From Gemmatimonas sp. (GTDB taxonomy: Bacteria; Gemmatimonadota; Gemmatimonadetes; Gemmatimonadales; Gemmatimonadaceae): a DNA stretch of 41,839 nt. Below the pieces are notes generated by a model. The model ran no database searches, was not told the DNA's origin, and worked only from the letters and a program-made list of their open reading frames with translations. Shown here one piece after another: positions 8,596 to 18,888 of the stretch. Each line of letters begins with the position of its first letter. The first letter of the stretch is position 1. The stretch is taken from the NCBI GenBank assembly GCA_031414535.1, contig JANNVQ010000046.1, forward strand, positions 1 to 41,839. Direction: 5' to 3'. A program made the translations under genes and the position numbers.

Positions 8596-9425
8596 TTGGG
8601 CGACGGACACTCCGTCTCGTGCTCGCGCCGGTCGTCTTCCTGACGACCGGCGCGTGCTTCGCGACTCGGGATGACCTCCGCATCGTCCATTCAGATATCA
8701 AGGCGATGCGGGGCGAGCAGGTGGCCGCTGATTCGGCCATCCTGCGCATGATTGAACGGGTGGGCGCAGATCTCGCGCGGGTCAGCGCCGTGGTGGCGAT
8801 CATCACGGACAGCAGCAACGCGAACGGCGCCATGCTCAACCGTCTTCGCAATGATTCGCGCGAGGACCTGCAGGCAATCCGGCAGCAGCTCATCATGATT
8901 CAGGAACTCACCGGCCAGAGCCAGCGCCGTATTCAGGAACTGCGGGCAGAAATGGAGCAACGCGCGGCCGAGCTGGCAACCCCAGCCACACCGCGGGACT
9001 CGACGCGCCCACCTGGCACGCCGAGCTCTGCTGCCGCCTCCCCGCCGACGCCGGGCCCGTCGCAACTGTACCAGATGGGGCAGGATCAGCTTCGCCGCGG
9101 CAGTATGACGGCCGCGCGCGCCGTGTTCACGCAGTTGCTCACGGCGCATCCCAGCTCGGATCTGGCCCCGCAGGCTTTGTATGGCATCGCGGAGTCGTGG
9201 TCCGACGACGGAAACGGCCGCAACGCCGATTCTGTGTATGCGCTCGTCGTGGAGCGGTATCCGCGCTCCGAGCAGGCGCCCAACGCGCTCTACAAGCGCG
9301 CGTCGGCCGCGCGTAGCATTGGTCAGACTGACCGAGCGATGGTGCTGTATCGTCAGATCGCCGCGCAGTATCCGCGCTCGGATGCAGCACTTCTCGCGCA
9401 GGAGTTCCTGCGCGGCCGTCCGTAG
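8592..9425 (+). CDS. cpoB: Tol-Pal associated coiled-coil/TPR protein (CpoB/YbgF-like), probable lipoprotein
   Basis: TGAC lipobox, N-terminal coiled coil and C-terminal TPRs (HPSSDLAPQALY, YPRSEQAPNALY); directly after pal. Confidence 0.8.
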   Translation: MIGRRTLRLVLAPVVFLTTGACFATRDDLRIVHSDIKAMRGEQVAADSAILRMIERVGADLARVSAVVAIITDSSNANGAMLNRLRNDSREDLQAIRQQLIMIQELTGQSQRRIQELRAEMEQRAAELATPATPRDSTRPPGTPSSAAASPPTPGPSQLYQMGQDQLRRGSMTAARAVFTQLLTAHPSSDLAPQALYGIAESWSDDGNGRNADSVYALVVERYPRSEQAPNALYKRASAARSIGQTDRAMVLYRQIAAQYPRSDAALLAQEFLRGRP

Positions 9426-9461
9426 GCTGAGGGGCCGGCAGCGCCGGTCCCGGAGCGCTCG

Positions 9462-10244
9462 ATGAGCAAGCAGGCTTCCACGGGCGAGATGCCCTTCCTG
9501 GATCACCTCGAAGAGCTGCGCATGCGGCTCTTCTGGAGCGTGGGCGCGTTGCTGGTGTGCACACTGCTGGCCTTCGCGCTCGTGTGGAATTACCCAGTCA
9601 TTGATATCATCGCCGCACCAATCAAGCCCTTCTTGCCGGATGGGAAGTTGGTGTACACGCATCCGGCCGATCCGGTTGCTATCGTCCTGAAGGTGGCCTT
9701 CGGCCTCGGGCTCGCGACCGCCTCGCCGATGCTGGTGTATCAGGCGTGGGCCTTCCTCTCACCGGCCCTGCACGCGCACGAGAAGCGCGTCGTCATTCCG
9801 GTGATTGTCGGGGCCTTCCTGCTCTTCATGACGGGCGCTTTCCTGGCGGTGAAGTTCGCAATGCCGGCGATGTTTGACGTGCTGTTCAGCTTCCAGAGCG
9901 GGTCAATGACGCAGATGATTACCGCGCGCGAGTATGTGGGCTTCGCGCTGGTGATTTGTCTGGGGTTCGGCGGTGCATTTCAGCTGCCGATTGTCATCGT
10001 GACGCTCACGATGCTCGGTCTCGCTACACCGCAGTCCCTGGCGCGCTATCGCAAGCATGCCGCCGTGGGGAGCTTCGTTGTCGCGTCCGTGATTACGCCG
10101 GGCGACCTCATCATTATGACGCTCTGGCTCGGCGTGCCGTTGTATGGTCTCTACGAGGTCAGCATCGTGTTGAGTTGGTTTGTGTATCGCGCCAAGATGC
10201 GCCGGGCCCGCGCCGCGGAGTCCATCGGCAAGGTAGCGGTATGA
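9462..10244 (+). CDS. tatC: Twin-arginine translocase subunit TatC
   Basis: EMPFLDHLEELRMRL, YQAWAFLSPAL, FQLP, ITPGD and LYEVS motifs. Confidence 0.97.
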   Translation: MSKQASTGEMPFLDHLEELRMRLFWSVGALLVCTLLAFALVWNYPVIDIIAAPIKPFLPDGKLVYTHPADPVAIVLKVAFGLGLATASPMLVYQAWAFLSPALHAHEKRVVIPVIVGAFLLFMTGAFLAVKFAMPAMFDVLFSFQSGSMTQMITAREYVGFALVICLGFGGAFQLPIVIVTLTMLGLATPQSLARYRKHAAVGSFVVASVITPGDLIIMTLWLGVPLYGLYEVSIVLSWFVYRAKMRRARAAESIGKVAV

Positions 10245-13234
10245 TGCGAGGGCCGTGGCGCGTGCTCGCCGCGGTGCTCTTCTTGTTGCCGCTACTGTTG
10301 CAGGCGCAGAATCGCCCCACCGGTCGCGGGGACGGTGGACGACGGGTTCCCACGCCCTCGCGTACCGCGCCAAGCGCGCCAGGCGACACGATCCGCCGCG
10401 CGCCACGAGACAGTGCAAGTGCCGGCCAGCAAGCCGACTTGCTCAAGTGGATACCTGATGACTCCATGATGACGGCCCTGCTCAAGCGGCCGGGTTACAG
10501 CTACACGCGCTACCAAGCAGATACGGTCGCGTTCAACAACGCCACGCGCACGATGACGCTCGGTGGGCGCGATTCCAGCAAGGCCGGCGTGCAGCGCGAT
10601 GCCACGGTGCTCGTGTCGGAACGCCTCGTGTACAACGACTCCACCAAGATTATCGCCGCGCGCGGCGACTCCATCATCCTGCGCGACCCGGCCCGCGGCG
10701 AGGACATCATCGGCTTGCGGGAGATGAGCTATAACGTGGAGACGCGCGAAGGCCGCACGATGGACGTCTCGACCGTGGCTAACTCCGGCGCCGATTGGCG
10801 TGTGATGGCGCATCGTGCCACCTTCGCCACCGATTCCTCAACGAATCGCTCCACCTTCTGGGGGCGCGACGGCATCATCACGTCTTGCATGGACTCGACG
10901 CCGCATTTTCATTTTCTCGCGCGCGAGATGAAGCGTATTAGCAATAACATCATCGTCGCGCGCCCCGCAGTCGTGTTCGTGCAGGATGTGCCCGTGATGT
11001 GGCTGCCCTTCATCTTCCAAGATATCCGCAGCGGACGCCGTAGTGGTATGCTGACGCCAGAAGTCGGCATCGCCGAGATTGTGCGTAACTCGCCGACGTA
11101 TCGCCGCACCATTCGCGACCTCGGTTACTACTTCGCGATTTCTGATTACATGGACGCCACCGTCTCCATGAACTGGCGTTCTGCCGCTCGCGCCACCGAC
11201 AATGACCCCGGCTGGACGCAGTACGAAGCAAGCTTCAATTACCGCTGGTTGGATCGCTTCTTGAATGGCGGTGTCGCGGTGGCGCGGAACACGCTCTCCA
11301 GTGGATCGGAGAACCTCGCGGTGAGTTGGTCGCACCAACAGGAGTTCTCGTCGCGCACGCGCTTCAGTACCAACGTCAACTACGTGACGGATACGCGCAT
11401 CCAGCGGCAGACCACCTTGAACCCCAACGCGGTGCTAGCCACCATCGCGTCGCAGGCCAACTTCGTGCGCCAGCAGGGGCCATTCTCCATCAACCTTGGT
11501 GCCACCCAGCGGCAGTACCCGGGGCGCGACCAGATGGACCGCACATTCCCAACGCTCAATGTGGCCTCGCGGCCTGTGACGTTGGGCGAATGGTTCGTGG
11601 TGACGCCCTCACTGTCGTACACGACCAACGCCCAACTCAACATTGACGCGGTGGGTGACTTTGCGTGGCGCTATCTCACCACGCCCTCGGGTCTCGATTC
11701 CACCCGCCTCAAGCGCGATTCCTACAATCGCAACTTCAACTTGGGGCTTCCGTTCAAGGTGTGGGACTTCCAGATCCAAGCCGACCTGCGTGCGTCCGAG
11801 GTGGCTAACAACTTCCCCGAAATCAAGACGGTACCGGATCCGGCAAACCCGGGGCAGTTCATTGACCGCGTCTACGCGCGCACGTACCTCACTACTGCCG
11901 ACTACACGCTGCGTGCGGGGCTGCCGCAGTTCTTCAAGGGTTCGTGGAATCTCGCGCCGCTTATCTCGCTCGAGAATGTGGATCCTGCTGGTGCACTGGT
12001 TCGCTCGGAGCGCACGAACGGCGCGTGGGTCTCGCAAAACAAGCGTGTGAGCTACGGCCTGAGCGTCTCGCCGACCTTCTTTGCGCTGCTTCCCGGCATC
12101 GGTCGCGTGCAGCGGATGCGGCATTCCATTACGCCCGGTTTGTCGTACGGATTCTCGCCGCGAGCTACCGTAAACGCGGACTTCCTCGAAGCCCTCGGTA
12201 AGAACACCACGGGCTACTTGGGTGGCCTCGCCCAGAATCGCGTTTCACTGAACATCGCCACGAATCTCGAGGCCAAGCTCCGCACGCCTAATGATTCCTC
12301 GGAGACCGGGACCAAGATTCGTCTGGCCTCGTTGCAGTTCACGCCCATCACGTATGACTTCGAGTTGGCCCGCGCGACGGGGCGCACCGGCCTCGCCACC
12401 GACCGACTCGGCTACACCTTCCGCTCGGACTTGCTGCCAGGCTTTGATCTCGGCGTGGATTACTCGCTCTTCCTTGGGTCCGTGCTCAGCGACAGCGCCG
12501 AGTTCAAGCCCTACCGCGAGTCCGTGCGCTTCGGATTTCAGATTGGCGAGAACTCGGCAATCGTACGAGGTGTGGGGCGCTTGTTCGGCGTGCAGCCGAA
12601 GGCGGCGTCGAGTGTTGGGCTTGACGATCCGCAGCGGCCCGCTGATCCCACAGGGGGCGGACTGGTCTCGTCGGCGGACCCAAACCGCCAAGGCATTGGC
12701 GCAGTCACCGGCACGCGGGCGCGGAATCCCATTCAGCCCATCACCACGCAGGGCTTCCAGGCCAGCTTCTCGGTGAGTCAGCAGCGCTCGCGCCCCGCGC
12801 GTGGTGGTCGGGTGATTCAGTTCGATCCGTTCGCCGAGTGCGCGGGTTTCGTGGGCCTGCCCATCTACGACTTCTGCGTGCTCCAGGCGCGGCAGCGAAT
12901 CCCCACCGATCCGCCGACAAACACCGGCACGGTTGGCAGCAGCAGCATCGCGTACCCCCCGCGCACGAACGTCGGGCTCCAGACCTCGTTCAATCTCACG
13001 CCCAAGTGGTCTGCGTCCTGGAGCACGAGCTACGACGTGGAGCAAAAGGACTTTGCCGCACAGACGGTGACGTTGCAGCGCGACCTGCACGATTGGCGCG
13101 CGGTCTTTGGCTTTAACCGCATCCCCAATGGCGCATTTTCCTTTACCTTCTTCATCTCGCTCAAGGCGCAACCCGAGATCAAGCTGCCGTATCAAAACCG
13201 TTCGTTCCGCGCGCCGAGTGAAAGTACGCCATAA
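10241..13234 (+). CDS. lptD: Putative LPS-assembly outer membrane protein LptD
   Basis: Signal peptide from ATG 10241, jellyroll-like N-terminus (ITSC..PHFHF, PVMWLPF, RRSGMLTP) and barrel C-terminus with RDLHDW. Confidence 0.8.
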   Translation: MMRGPWRVLAAVLFLLPLLLQAQNRPTGRGDGGRRVPTPSRTAPSAPGDTIRRAPRDSASAGQQADLLKWIPDDSMMTALLKRPGYSYTRYQADTVAFNNATRTMTLGGRDSSKAGVQRDATVLVSERLVYNDSTKIIAARGDSIILRDPARGEDIIGLREMSYNVETREGRTMDVSTVANSGADWRVMAHRATFATDSSTNRSTFWGRDGIITSCMDSTPHFHFLAREMKRISNNIIVARPAVVFVQDVPVMWLPFIFQDIRSGRRSGMLTPEVGIAEIVRNSPTYRRTIRDLGYYFAISDYMDATVSMNWRSAARATDNDPGWTQYEASFNYRWLDRFLNGGVAVARNTLSSGSENLAVSWSHQQEFSSRTRFSTNVNYVTDTRIQRQTTLNPNAVLATIASQANFVRQQGPFSINLGATQRQYPGRDQMDRTFPTLNVASRPVTLGEWFVVTPSLSYTTNAQLNIDAVGDFAWRYLTTPSGLDSTRLKRDSYNRNFNLGLPFKVWDFQIQADLRASEVANNFPEIKTVPDPANPGQFIDRVYARTYLTTADYTLRAGLPQFFKGSWNLAPLISLENVDPAGALVRSERTNGAWVSQNKRVSYGLSVSPTFFALLPGIGRVQRMRHSITPGLSYGFSPRATVNADFLEALGKNTTGYLGGLAQNRVSLNIATNLEAKLRTPNDSSETGTKIRLASLQFTPITYDFELARATGRTGLATDRLGYTFRSDLLPGFDLGVDYSLFLGSVLSDSAEFKPYRESVRFGFQIGENSAIVRGVGRLFGVQPKAASSVGLDDPQRPADPTGGGLVSSADPNRQGIGAVTGTRARNPIQPITTQGFQASFSVSQQRSRPARGGRVIQFDPFAECAGFVGLPIYDFCVLQARQRIPTDPPTNTGTVGSSSIAYPPRTNVGLQTSFNLTPKWSASWSTSYDVEQKDFAAQTVTLQRDLHDWRAVFGFNRIPNGAFSFTFFISLKAQPEIKLPYQNRSFRAPSESTP

Positions 13235-13273
13235 CTCCGTAGTCTCCGCTGGCCCCGTACGCCCCAATAAACG

Positions 13274-14779
13274 ATGACCGTCCCCCTCCAGCTCGACGGC
13301 GCTTCCCTGACCATCGCAGACGTTGCCGCGGTGGCTGATCGCTACGCACCGGTTGCTCTCGCTCCGTCGGCGCGCGCACGTATGCAGACGACGCGCGGCA
13401 TTGTGGAGGAGCTCGCCTCCCGCGGGGAGCCCGTGTACGGCGTGACCACAGGCTTCGGCAAGCTCAGCGACATTGCCATCGCGCCTGATCAACTTGCTCA
13501 GCTGCAGGTGAACCTCATTCGCTCGCATGCCGCGGGCGTCGGTCCGCGCCTGCCGGAGCGCGAAGTGCGGGCGATGATGTTGCTGCGCGCTAACTGCCTC
13601 GCCAAAGGCTTCAGCGGCGGACGTCCGGCCTTGGTCGAGCTGGTGTGTGCGATGCTGAATGCGCAGCTGTGGCCCGACGTGCCGGAGCAGGGCAGCGTTG
13701 GCGCCAGCGGCGACCTCGCACCCCTGGCGCACCTCGCGCTCGGCCTAGTGGGCGAGGGTCTTCTGAATCACCCGAAGGGCCGTGGTCCGGCCGCCGAAGT
13801 GTTGGCCGCGCATGGACTCACGCCCATCGCGCTTGGCCCGAAGGAAGGACTCGCCCTCATCAACGGCACCCAGGCTCACACCGCCATCGCGGCGCTGTCG
13901 CTGATTGAAGCCCGCCGCTGCTGGGACGCCGCGCAGGCGGCCGGCGCGAGCACGCTGGAGGCGCTGCTCGGCACGCCGACGGCCTTTGACGCGCGTATTC
14001 ATGACGCACGCGGACAAAAGGGCCAGCAAGAAAGCGCGAAACGCTTGTTGGCGCTCCTCGCCGGTAGTGAGATCCGCGAGTCACACCGCGACGGGGATTC
14101 GCGCGTGCAAGACGCATACTCTTTGCGCTGCATGCCGCAGGTGCACGGGCCGGTGCTTCAGGCCATCGAGTTTGCCGAGTCGCTCGTGACGCCGGAACTC
14201 AATGCCGCGACGGATAATCCGCTGGTCTTCGACGACGGCACGATGCTCAGCGGCGGCAACTTCCACGGACAAGCGGCCGCCATGGCCATGGACGTACTGG
14301 CCATCGCTATGACTAACCTCGCCGTCATGAGCGAGCGCCGGACGGATCGGCTTACGCACCCTGATTTGAATGAAGGCTTGCCGCCGTTTCTCACCGCGAC
14401 TGCAGGCGTGAGTTCCGGCTTCATGATGGCGCAGGTCACCGCCGCCGCGCTCACCAGCGAATGCAAGGTGCTCGCACACCCCGCGAGTGTGGATACAATT
14501 CCGACCGACGGGAGCAAAGAAGACGTGGTGCCGATGGCGATGGGCGCGGCCATCAAACTGCGGCGCGTGCTACACAACGTGCGGCATGTGCTCGCGGTTG
14601 AGCTCATGTGCGCTGCGCAGGGTTTAGAGTTCAGGCGGCCCTTGAGAGCTGGCGTGGGTGTGGAGCGGACCTATGAGGCCGTGCGCGCCCGCGTTCCCGC
14701 GTTACGTGACGATCGCGTGCTAGGGCCTGACATCGAGAGCATCGCGGTTGGCGTAGCCGCGGGGGAGTTCGCTTCGTGA
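13274..14779 (+). CDS. hutH: Histidine ammonia-lyase
   Basis: [16 protein letters not shown] (His-type SH), MIO-forming [17 protein letters not shown] and GGNFHG motifs. Confidence 0.97.
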   Translation: MTVPLQLDGASLTIADVAAVADRYAPVALAPSARARMQTTRGIVEELASRGEPVYGVTTGFGKLSDIAIAPDQLAQLQVNLIRSHAAGVGPRLPEREVRAMMLLRANCLAKGFSGGRPALVELVCAMLNAQLWPDVPEQGSVGASGDLAPLAHLALGLVGEGLLNHPKGRGPAAEVLAAHGLTPIALGPKEGLALINGTQAHTAIAALSLIEARRCWDAAQAAGASTLEALLGTPTAFDARIHDARGQKGQQESAKRLLALLAGSEIRESHRDGDSRVQDAYSLRCMPQVHGPVLQAIEFAESLVTPELNAATDNPLVFDDGTMLSGGNFHGQAAAMAMDVLAIAMTNLAVMSERRTDRLTHPDLNEGLPPFLTATAGVSSGFMMAQVTAAALTSECKVLAHPASVDTIPTDGSKEDVVPMAMGAAIKLRRVLHNVRHVLAVELMCAAQGLEFRRPLRAGVGVERTYEAVRARVPALRDDRVLGPDIESIAVGVAAGEFAS

Positions 14780-16443
14780 GCAATGCGAAAGCCGTTGTTG
14801 TCTCCGCGCCACGCGGGTCGGTGCTGTCCTGCAAGAACTGGCAGGCCGAAGCCGCGCTCCGCATGCTCATGAACAACCTCGACCCTGAGGTCGCGGAGCG
14901 TCCTGAGGACTTGGTGGTGTACGGTGGCACGGGCAAGGCCGCACGCGACTGGCCCTCGTTTCACGCCATCGTCAAATGCCTCCGTGAGCTCGAGGCGGAC
15001 GAGACCTTGCTCGTGCAGAGTGGAAAGCCGGTCGCGGTGTTTCGTACGCACGCGCACGCGCCGCGAGTACTCATTGCCAACAGCAATCTCGTGGGACGCT
15101 TCGCGACTTGGGATCACTTTCGCGAGCTCGAACGGAAAGGCTTGATGATGTACGGGCAGATGACGGCGGGATCGTGGATCTACATCGGCTCGCAGGGCAT
15201 CGTGCAGGGCACGTACGAGACATTCGGCGCCGTGGCGCGCAAGCACTTTGGGGGCACGCTCGCTGGACGCTTCGTGCTTACCGCCGGCCTCGGTGGAATG
15301 GGTGGTGCGCAGACGCTCGCGGCTACAATGAACGAGGCGGCTATCTTGGGTGTGGACGTGGACCCCACGCGAATCCAGAAGCGCCTTGATACGGGGTACT
15401 GTGATCGCATGACCGCCGACCTCGATGAGGCCATGCGTTGGATTCGCGAGGCGCAGGCGGCGAAGAAGGGCTTGAGCGTCGGTCTCGTCGGCAATGCCGC
15501 CGACGTGCTACCCCTGATGGTGCAGCGCGGCATCATCCCAGACGTCGTCACCGACCAGACCAGCGCGCACGACATGCTCAATGGCTACGTACCGCACGGC
15601 ATGTCGCTCTCTGAGGCCAGTGCCCTGCGGCTCGCTGAGCCTGAGGAATACGTTAAGCGCTCCACTGCCAGCGCCGTGGCGCACGTAAAGGCCATGCGCG
15701 ATATGCAGGACCAGGGCGCGGTGGCCTTCGACTACGGCAACAACATCCGGACCGTCGCGATGGACGCCGGCTTGAGCGATGCCTTCCGGATTCCTGGCTT
15801 CGTGCCGGAGTACATCCGGCCATTGTTCAGCGAGGGCAAGGGCCCGTTCCGGTGGGCGGCCTTGAGCGGCGATCCGAAGGACATCGCTCGCACAGATGAA
15901 CTGGTGCTCGCAATGTTTCCGCACGACGAGCATCTCAAGCGCTGGATCACCTTGGCTCGCGAGCGCATTCACTTCCAAGGCCTCCCCGCGCGCATCTGTT
16001 GGCTCGGGCAGGGCGACCGCGCCAAGCTGGGGGTAGCCATCAACGATCTCGTCGCCAACGGCGAGTTGAGCGCACCAATTGTCATCGGCCGCGACCACCT
16101 CGACACGGGCAGCGTCGCAAGTCCCTTCCGCGAGACTGAGGCCATGAAGGACGGCACCGACGCTGTAGCGGACTGGGCCATCCTCAACGCGATGCTCAAC
16201 GTCGCCAGCGGAGCCACCTGGGTGAGCTTTCATCACGGGGGCGGCGTTGGCATCGGCAACTCCTTGCACGCTGGCCAGGTTATCGTCGCTGACGGCACGC
16301 CCGAGATGCGCATTCGCCTCGAGCGCGTGCTCACCAACGACCCCGGCATCGGCGTCGCTCGCCATGCGGATGCGGGCTATGACATTGCCCGTGAGACCGC
16401 GAAGCGGAAGGGAATCAAGATTCCAATGTCCGACCAGTGGTAA
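14776..16443 (+). CDS. hutU: Urocanate hydratase
   Basis: [47 protein letters not shown] and HHGGGVGIG motifs. Confidence 0.98.
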   Translation: MSNAKAVVVSAPRGSVLSCKNWQAEAALRMLMNNLDPEVAERPEDLVVYGGTGKAARDWPSFHAIVKCLRELEADETLLVQSGKPVAVFRTHAHAPRVLIANSNLVGRFATWDHFRELERKGLMMYGQMTAGSWIYIGSQGIVQGTYETFGAVARKHFGGTLAGRFVLTAGLGGMGGAQTLAATMNEAAILGVDVDPTRIQKRLDTGYCDRMTADLDEAMRWIREAQAAKKGLSVGLVGNAADVLPLMVQRGIIPDVVTDQTSAHDMLNGYVPHGMSLSEASALRLAEPEEYVKRSTASAVAHVKAMRDMQDQGAVAFDYGNNIRTVAMDAGLSDAFRIPGFVPEYIRPLFSEGKGPFRWAALSGDPKDIARTDELVLAMFPHDEHLKRWITLARERIHFQGLPARICWLGQGDRAKLGVAINDLVANGELSAPIVIGRDHLDTGSVASPFRETEAMKDGTDAVADWAILNAMLNVASGATWVSFHHGGGVGIGNSLHAGQVIVADGTPEMRIRLERVLTNDPGIGVARHADAGYDIARETAKRKGIKIPMSDQW

Positions 16444-16450
16444 AAAGCAG

Positions 16451-16528
16451 TCACCACGAAGGCACGAAGGGTTCCGAGGCGCATCGGAGTTCCGCCTCAC
16501 GTCCGAGCCCCTCGTGCCTTCGTGGTGA
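16451..16528. repeat. Palindromic REP-like element, TCACCACGAAGGCACGAAG family, copy 1
   Basis: 21-bp inverted arms at 16451-16471 and 16508-16528 with one mismatch. Confidence 0.9.
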
Positions 16529-16542
16529 AGCGGTTGCCGTTC

Positions 16543-16577
16543 TCTCCCGTCCCACGTCCCACGTCTCACGTCCCAAG
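16543..16577 (+). repeat. Heptamer tandem array, consensus TCCCACG, 5 units
   Basis: TCTCCCG TCCCACG TCCCACG TCTCACG TCCCAAG, ending 3 nt before GTG 16581. Confidence 0.85.
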
Positions 16578-16580
16578 TCC

Positions 16581-17555
16581 GTGCTAAGCACCCGATACAA
16601 GCCCTGGGACCTGATCCCATTCAGTTACAAGTACGCCAAGATCCGCCTGCTCAAGCGCCCCGTCCTCGTGCACTTCGAGGTCACGATGCGCTGCAATGCC
16701 AAGTGCCCCTTCTGCGATTACTGGAAGACGCCGGCCGACCGAAAGACGCACGAACTTAAGTCGTTCGTAGATGCCGCCAAGCACTTTGATCCGATGCTCA
16801 TTACGTGGACCGGCGGCGAGCCATTGCTGCGCGCGGACCTCGAGGAGCTCGTGAGTGCCGTCGATCGCGCGATTCGCACGAAGTACACCACCATCATCAC
16901 GCACGGCGCCATGCTGAGCCTCGAGCGCGCCCGCTCCCTCTGGCAGGCTGGCATCGGGCAGTTCAGCATCTCGCTCGACTATCCCGACGAGCGCCACGAT
17001 GCCGCGCGTGGCATCCCCGGCCTTACGCAGAAGATTCTCACCGTCGCCGAACGCATCCGCGCCGAGGGCATGACCGTGCGCTTCAACACGGTCATCAAGG
17101 ACGACAACCTCGATGTGGTGATGCCGCTCGTGCGAGCTGCGGAGACGATGCGCGTCGGCATGAACCTTTCCGTCTATACCGACGCCAAGAATGGCAACCG
17201 CACCCACTTACTTGGCCCAGATCATATGTCCCGCGTCGAGGCGCTAGTCGCAGAGCTGCTGGCCTTCAAGCGCCGCCGCCGCGGGACCATTTCAAACTCC
17301 GATCATTATCTCGCCAACATACCGCGCTACCTCCGCGGCGAGATGACCGAGCCATGCTTGAGTGGGCAGGACACGATTCACATTGACCCCTACGGTCACG
17401 TGCGCCGGTGCCCGGACTTTCCCGCGGACGGACATTGGTCCACGTACAAGGGCTACGAACCCATCAAGTGCGACTTGTGCTACTACGCCTGCCGCGGTGA
17501 GGCGCAGGCGCCGTTGAAGCTCAATCGTTTTCGCGACTTGGTCGCGTCACCGTAA
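16581..17555 (+). CDS. Radical SAM enzyme with C-terminal SPASM/twitch-like Cys cluster
   Basis: CNAKCPFC (CxxxCxxC), TGGEPLLR, ISLD, and C-terminal C...GHVRRC...CDLCYYAC. Start placed at GTG 16581 because the upstream ORF extension is translated repeat DNA. Confidence 0.88.
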   Translation: MLSTRYKPWDLIPFSYKYAKIRLLKRPVLVHFEVTMRCNAKCPFCDYWKTPADRKTHELKSFVDAAKHFDPMLITWTGGEPLLRADLEELVSAVDRAIRTKYTTIITHGAMLSLERARSLWQAGIGQFSISLDYPDERHDAARGIPGLTQKILTVAERIRAEGMTVRFNTVIKDDNLDVVMPLVRAAETMRVGMNLSVYTDAKNGNRTHLLGPDHMSRVEALVAELLAFKRRRRGTISNSDHYLANIPRYLRGEMTEPCLSGQDTIHIDPYGHVRRCPDFPADGHWSTYKGYEPIKCDLCYYACRGEAQAPLKLNRFRDLVASP

Positions 17556-18811
17556 TGCCCACCCTCCTCCTCAATGCCTCACAACTCGTCTCCTGCGCCG
17601 GCCCCGCGCGGGCTCGCCGCGCCCCTGAGATGCGCGACGCGGTGGTGCGGGAGGGCTACGGACTCGCGATGGGCGATGATGGGCGGATCCTCACCGTGGC
17701 AAGCGACGCGGAATTGCGGGCGGCCTATCGCAATGCAAGCGAAGTAGACTGCCAGCGCGGCGTGCTCACGCCGGGCTTCGTGGACTCTCACACGCACGCC
17801 ATCTTCGGCCGTCCTCGTCATGAGGAACAGGAGCTTCGCGCCGCCGGTGTGGGCTACTTGGAGATTGCAAAGCGGGGTGGGGGAATCCACAGCTCTGTGC
17901 GCGACCTGCGCGAGCGCAGCGAGGACGAACTCGTGGCCCTCGCCGCGCCGCGCCTGCTCAAGCTCGCCGCGCACGGCACCACCACCGTCGAGGTGAAGTC
18001 GGGGTACGGCCTCTCGCTCGAGAGCGAGCTGCGCACGCTGCGTGTGATTCGCCGCTTGAACGCCGAGTTGCCGATTCGCCTCGTACCCACCTTCCTCGGG
18101 GCGCACGAAGTGCCGCTGGAGTATCGCCAAGCGCCGCGTTCGCGCGCGGAGTATATCCAGCTGCTCATCCAAGAGATGATTCCCGCCGTTGCCCGCGAGA
18201 AGCTCGCTGCCTTCTGCGATATCTTCTGCGAGCCCGGCGTGTACACCACATCCGAAGCGCGTGGCATCCTCGCGGCGGCCCGAGAGCATGGCCTCGCCCT
18301 CAAGCTGCACGCCGATGAATTGGAGAACGGTGCCGCGGCCGAACTCGCGGCGGAAATTGGCGCGACGTCTGCCGACCACCTTGCCGCGATTTCTGACCTC
18401 GGCATCAAGGCCCTCGCCGAATCAGGTACCGTCGCCACGCTGCTTCCGGGCACGATGCTATTTCTCGGCCGCAGCAAGCAGGCGCCGGCCCGCGCCATGC
18501 TCGACGCGGGCTGCGCCATCGCTCTGGCTTCGGATTTCAATCCGGGCACCAGTCCCACCGTCAACTTCCCGCTCGTGATGACACTGGGTGTCAGCCAGTT
18601 GCGCTTGAGCGTCGCCGAGGCCTTCGTGGCCGCCACGGTCAACGGTGCCGCCGCCGTGGGACTCGCTGGGAGCACGGGTCAACTCGGCGCAGGCTTCAGC
18701 GCCGATGTGGCACTTTTTGACGTCCAGGACCACCGGGAGATCCCGTATTGGTACGGCGACAGACGCTGCGTAGCGACCTGGATTGAGGGGCGGCCCGCAC
18801 ACTTGGCGTAG
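17555..18811 (+). CDS. hutI: Imidazolonepropionase
   Basis: PGFVDSHTH, EVKSGYGL, DIFCE, HADEL, SADHL and ASDFNPG motifs. Confidence 0.97.
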   Translation: MPTLLLNASQLVSCAGPARARRAPEMRDAVVREGYGLAMGDDGRILTVASDAELRAAYRNASEVDCQRGVLTPGFVDSHTHAIFGRPRHEEQELRAAGVGYLEIAKRGGGIHSSVRDLRERSEDELVALAAPRLLKLAAHGTTTVEVKSGYGLSLESELRTLRVIRRLNAELPIRLVPTFLGAHEVPLEYRQAPRSRAEYIQLLIQEMIPAVAREKLAAFCDIFCEPGVYTTSEARGILAAAREHGLALKLHADELENGAAAELAAEIGATSADHLAAISDLGIKALAESGTVATLLPGTMLFLGRSKQAPARAMLDAGCAIALASDFNPGTSPTVNFPLVMTLGVSQLRLSVAEAFVAATVNGAAAVGLAGSTGQLGAGFSADVALFDVQDHREIPYWYGDRRCVATWIEGRPAHLA

Positions 18812-18848
18812 CACGCCGCCACAGAGGGCTCAGAAACAGCCCAAACGC

Positions 18849-18878
18849 TTGTCACACCGATGGTTGGGCGGGTAACTT
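18849..18878 (+). promoter_or_regulatory. Possible sigma70-type promoter for the TPR gene
   Basis: TTGTCA-18 nt-TAACTT, ending 10 nt before ATG 18889; no Shine-Dalgarno sequence. Confidence 0.4.
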
Positions 18879-18888
18879 TGTTCTCTCT

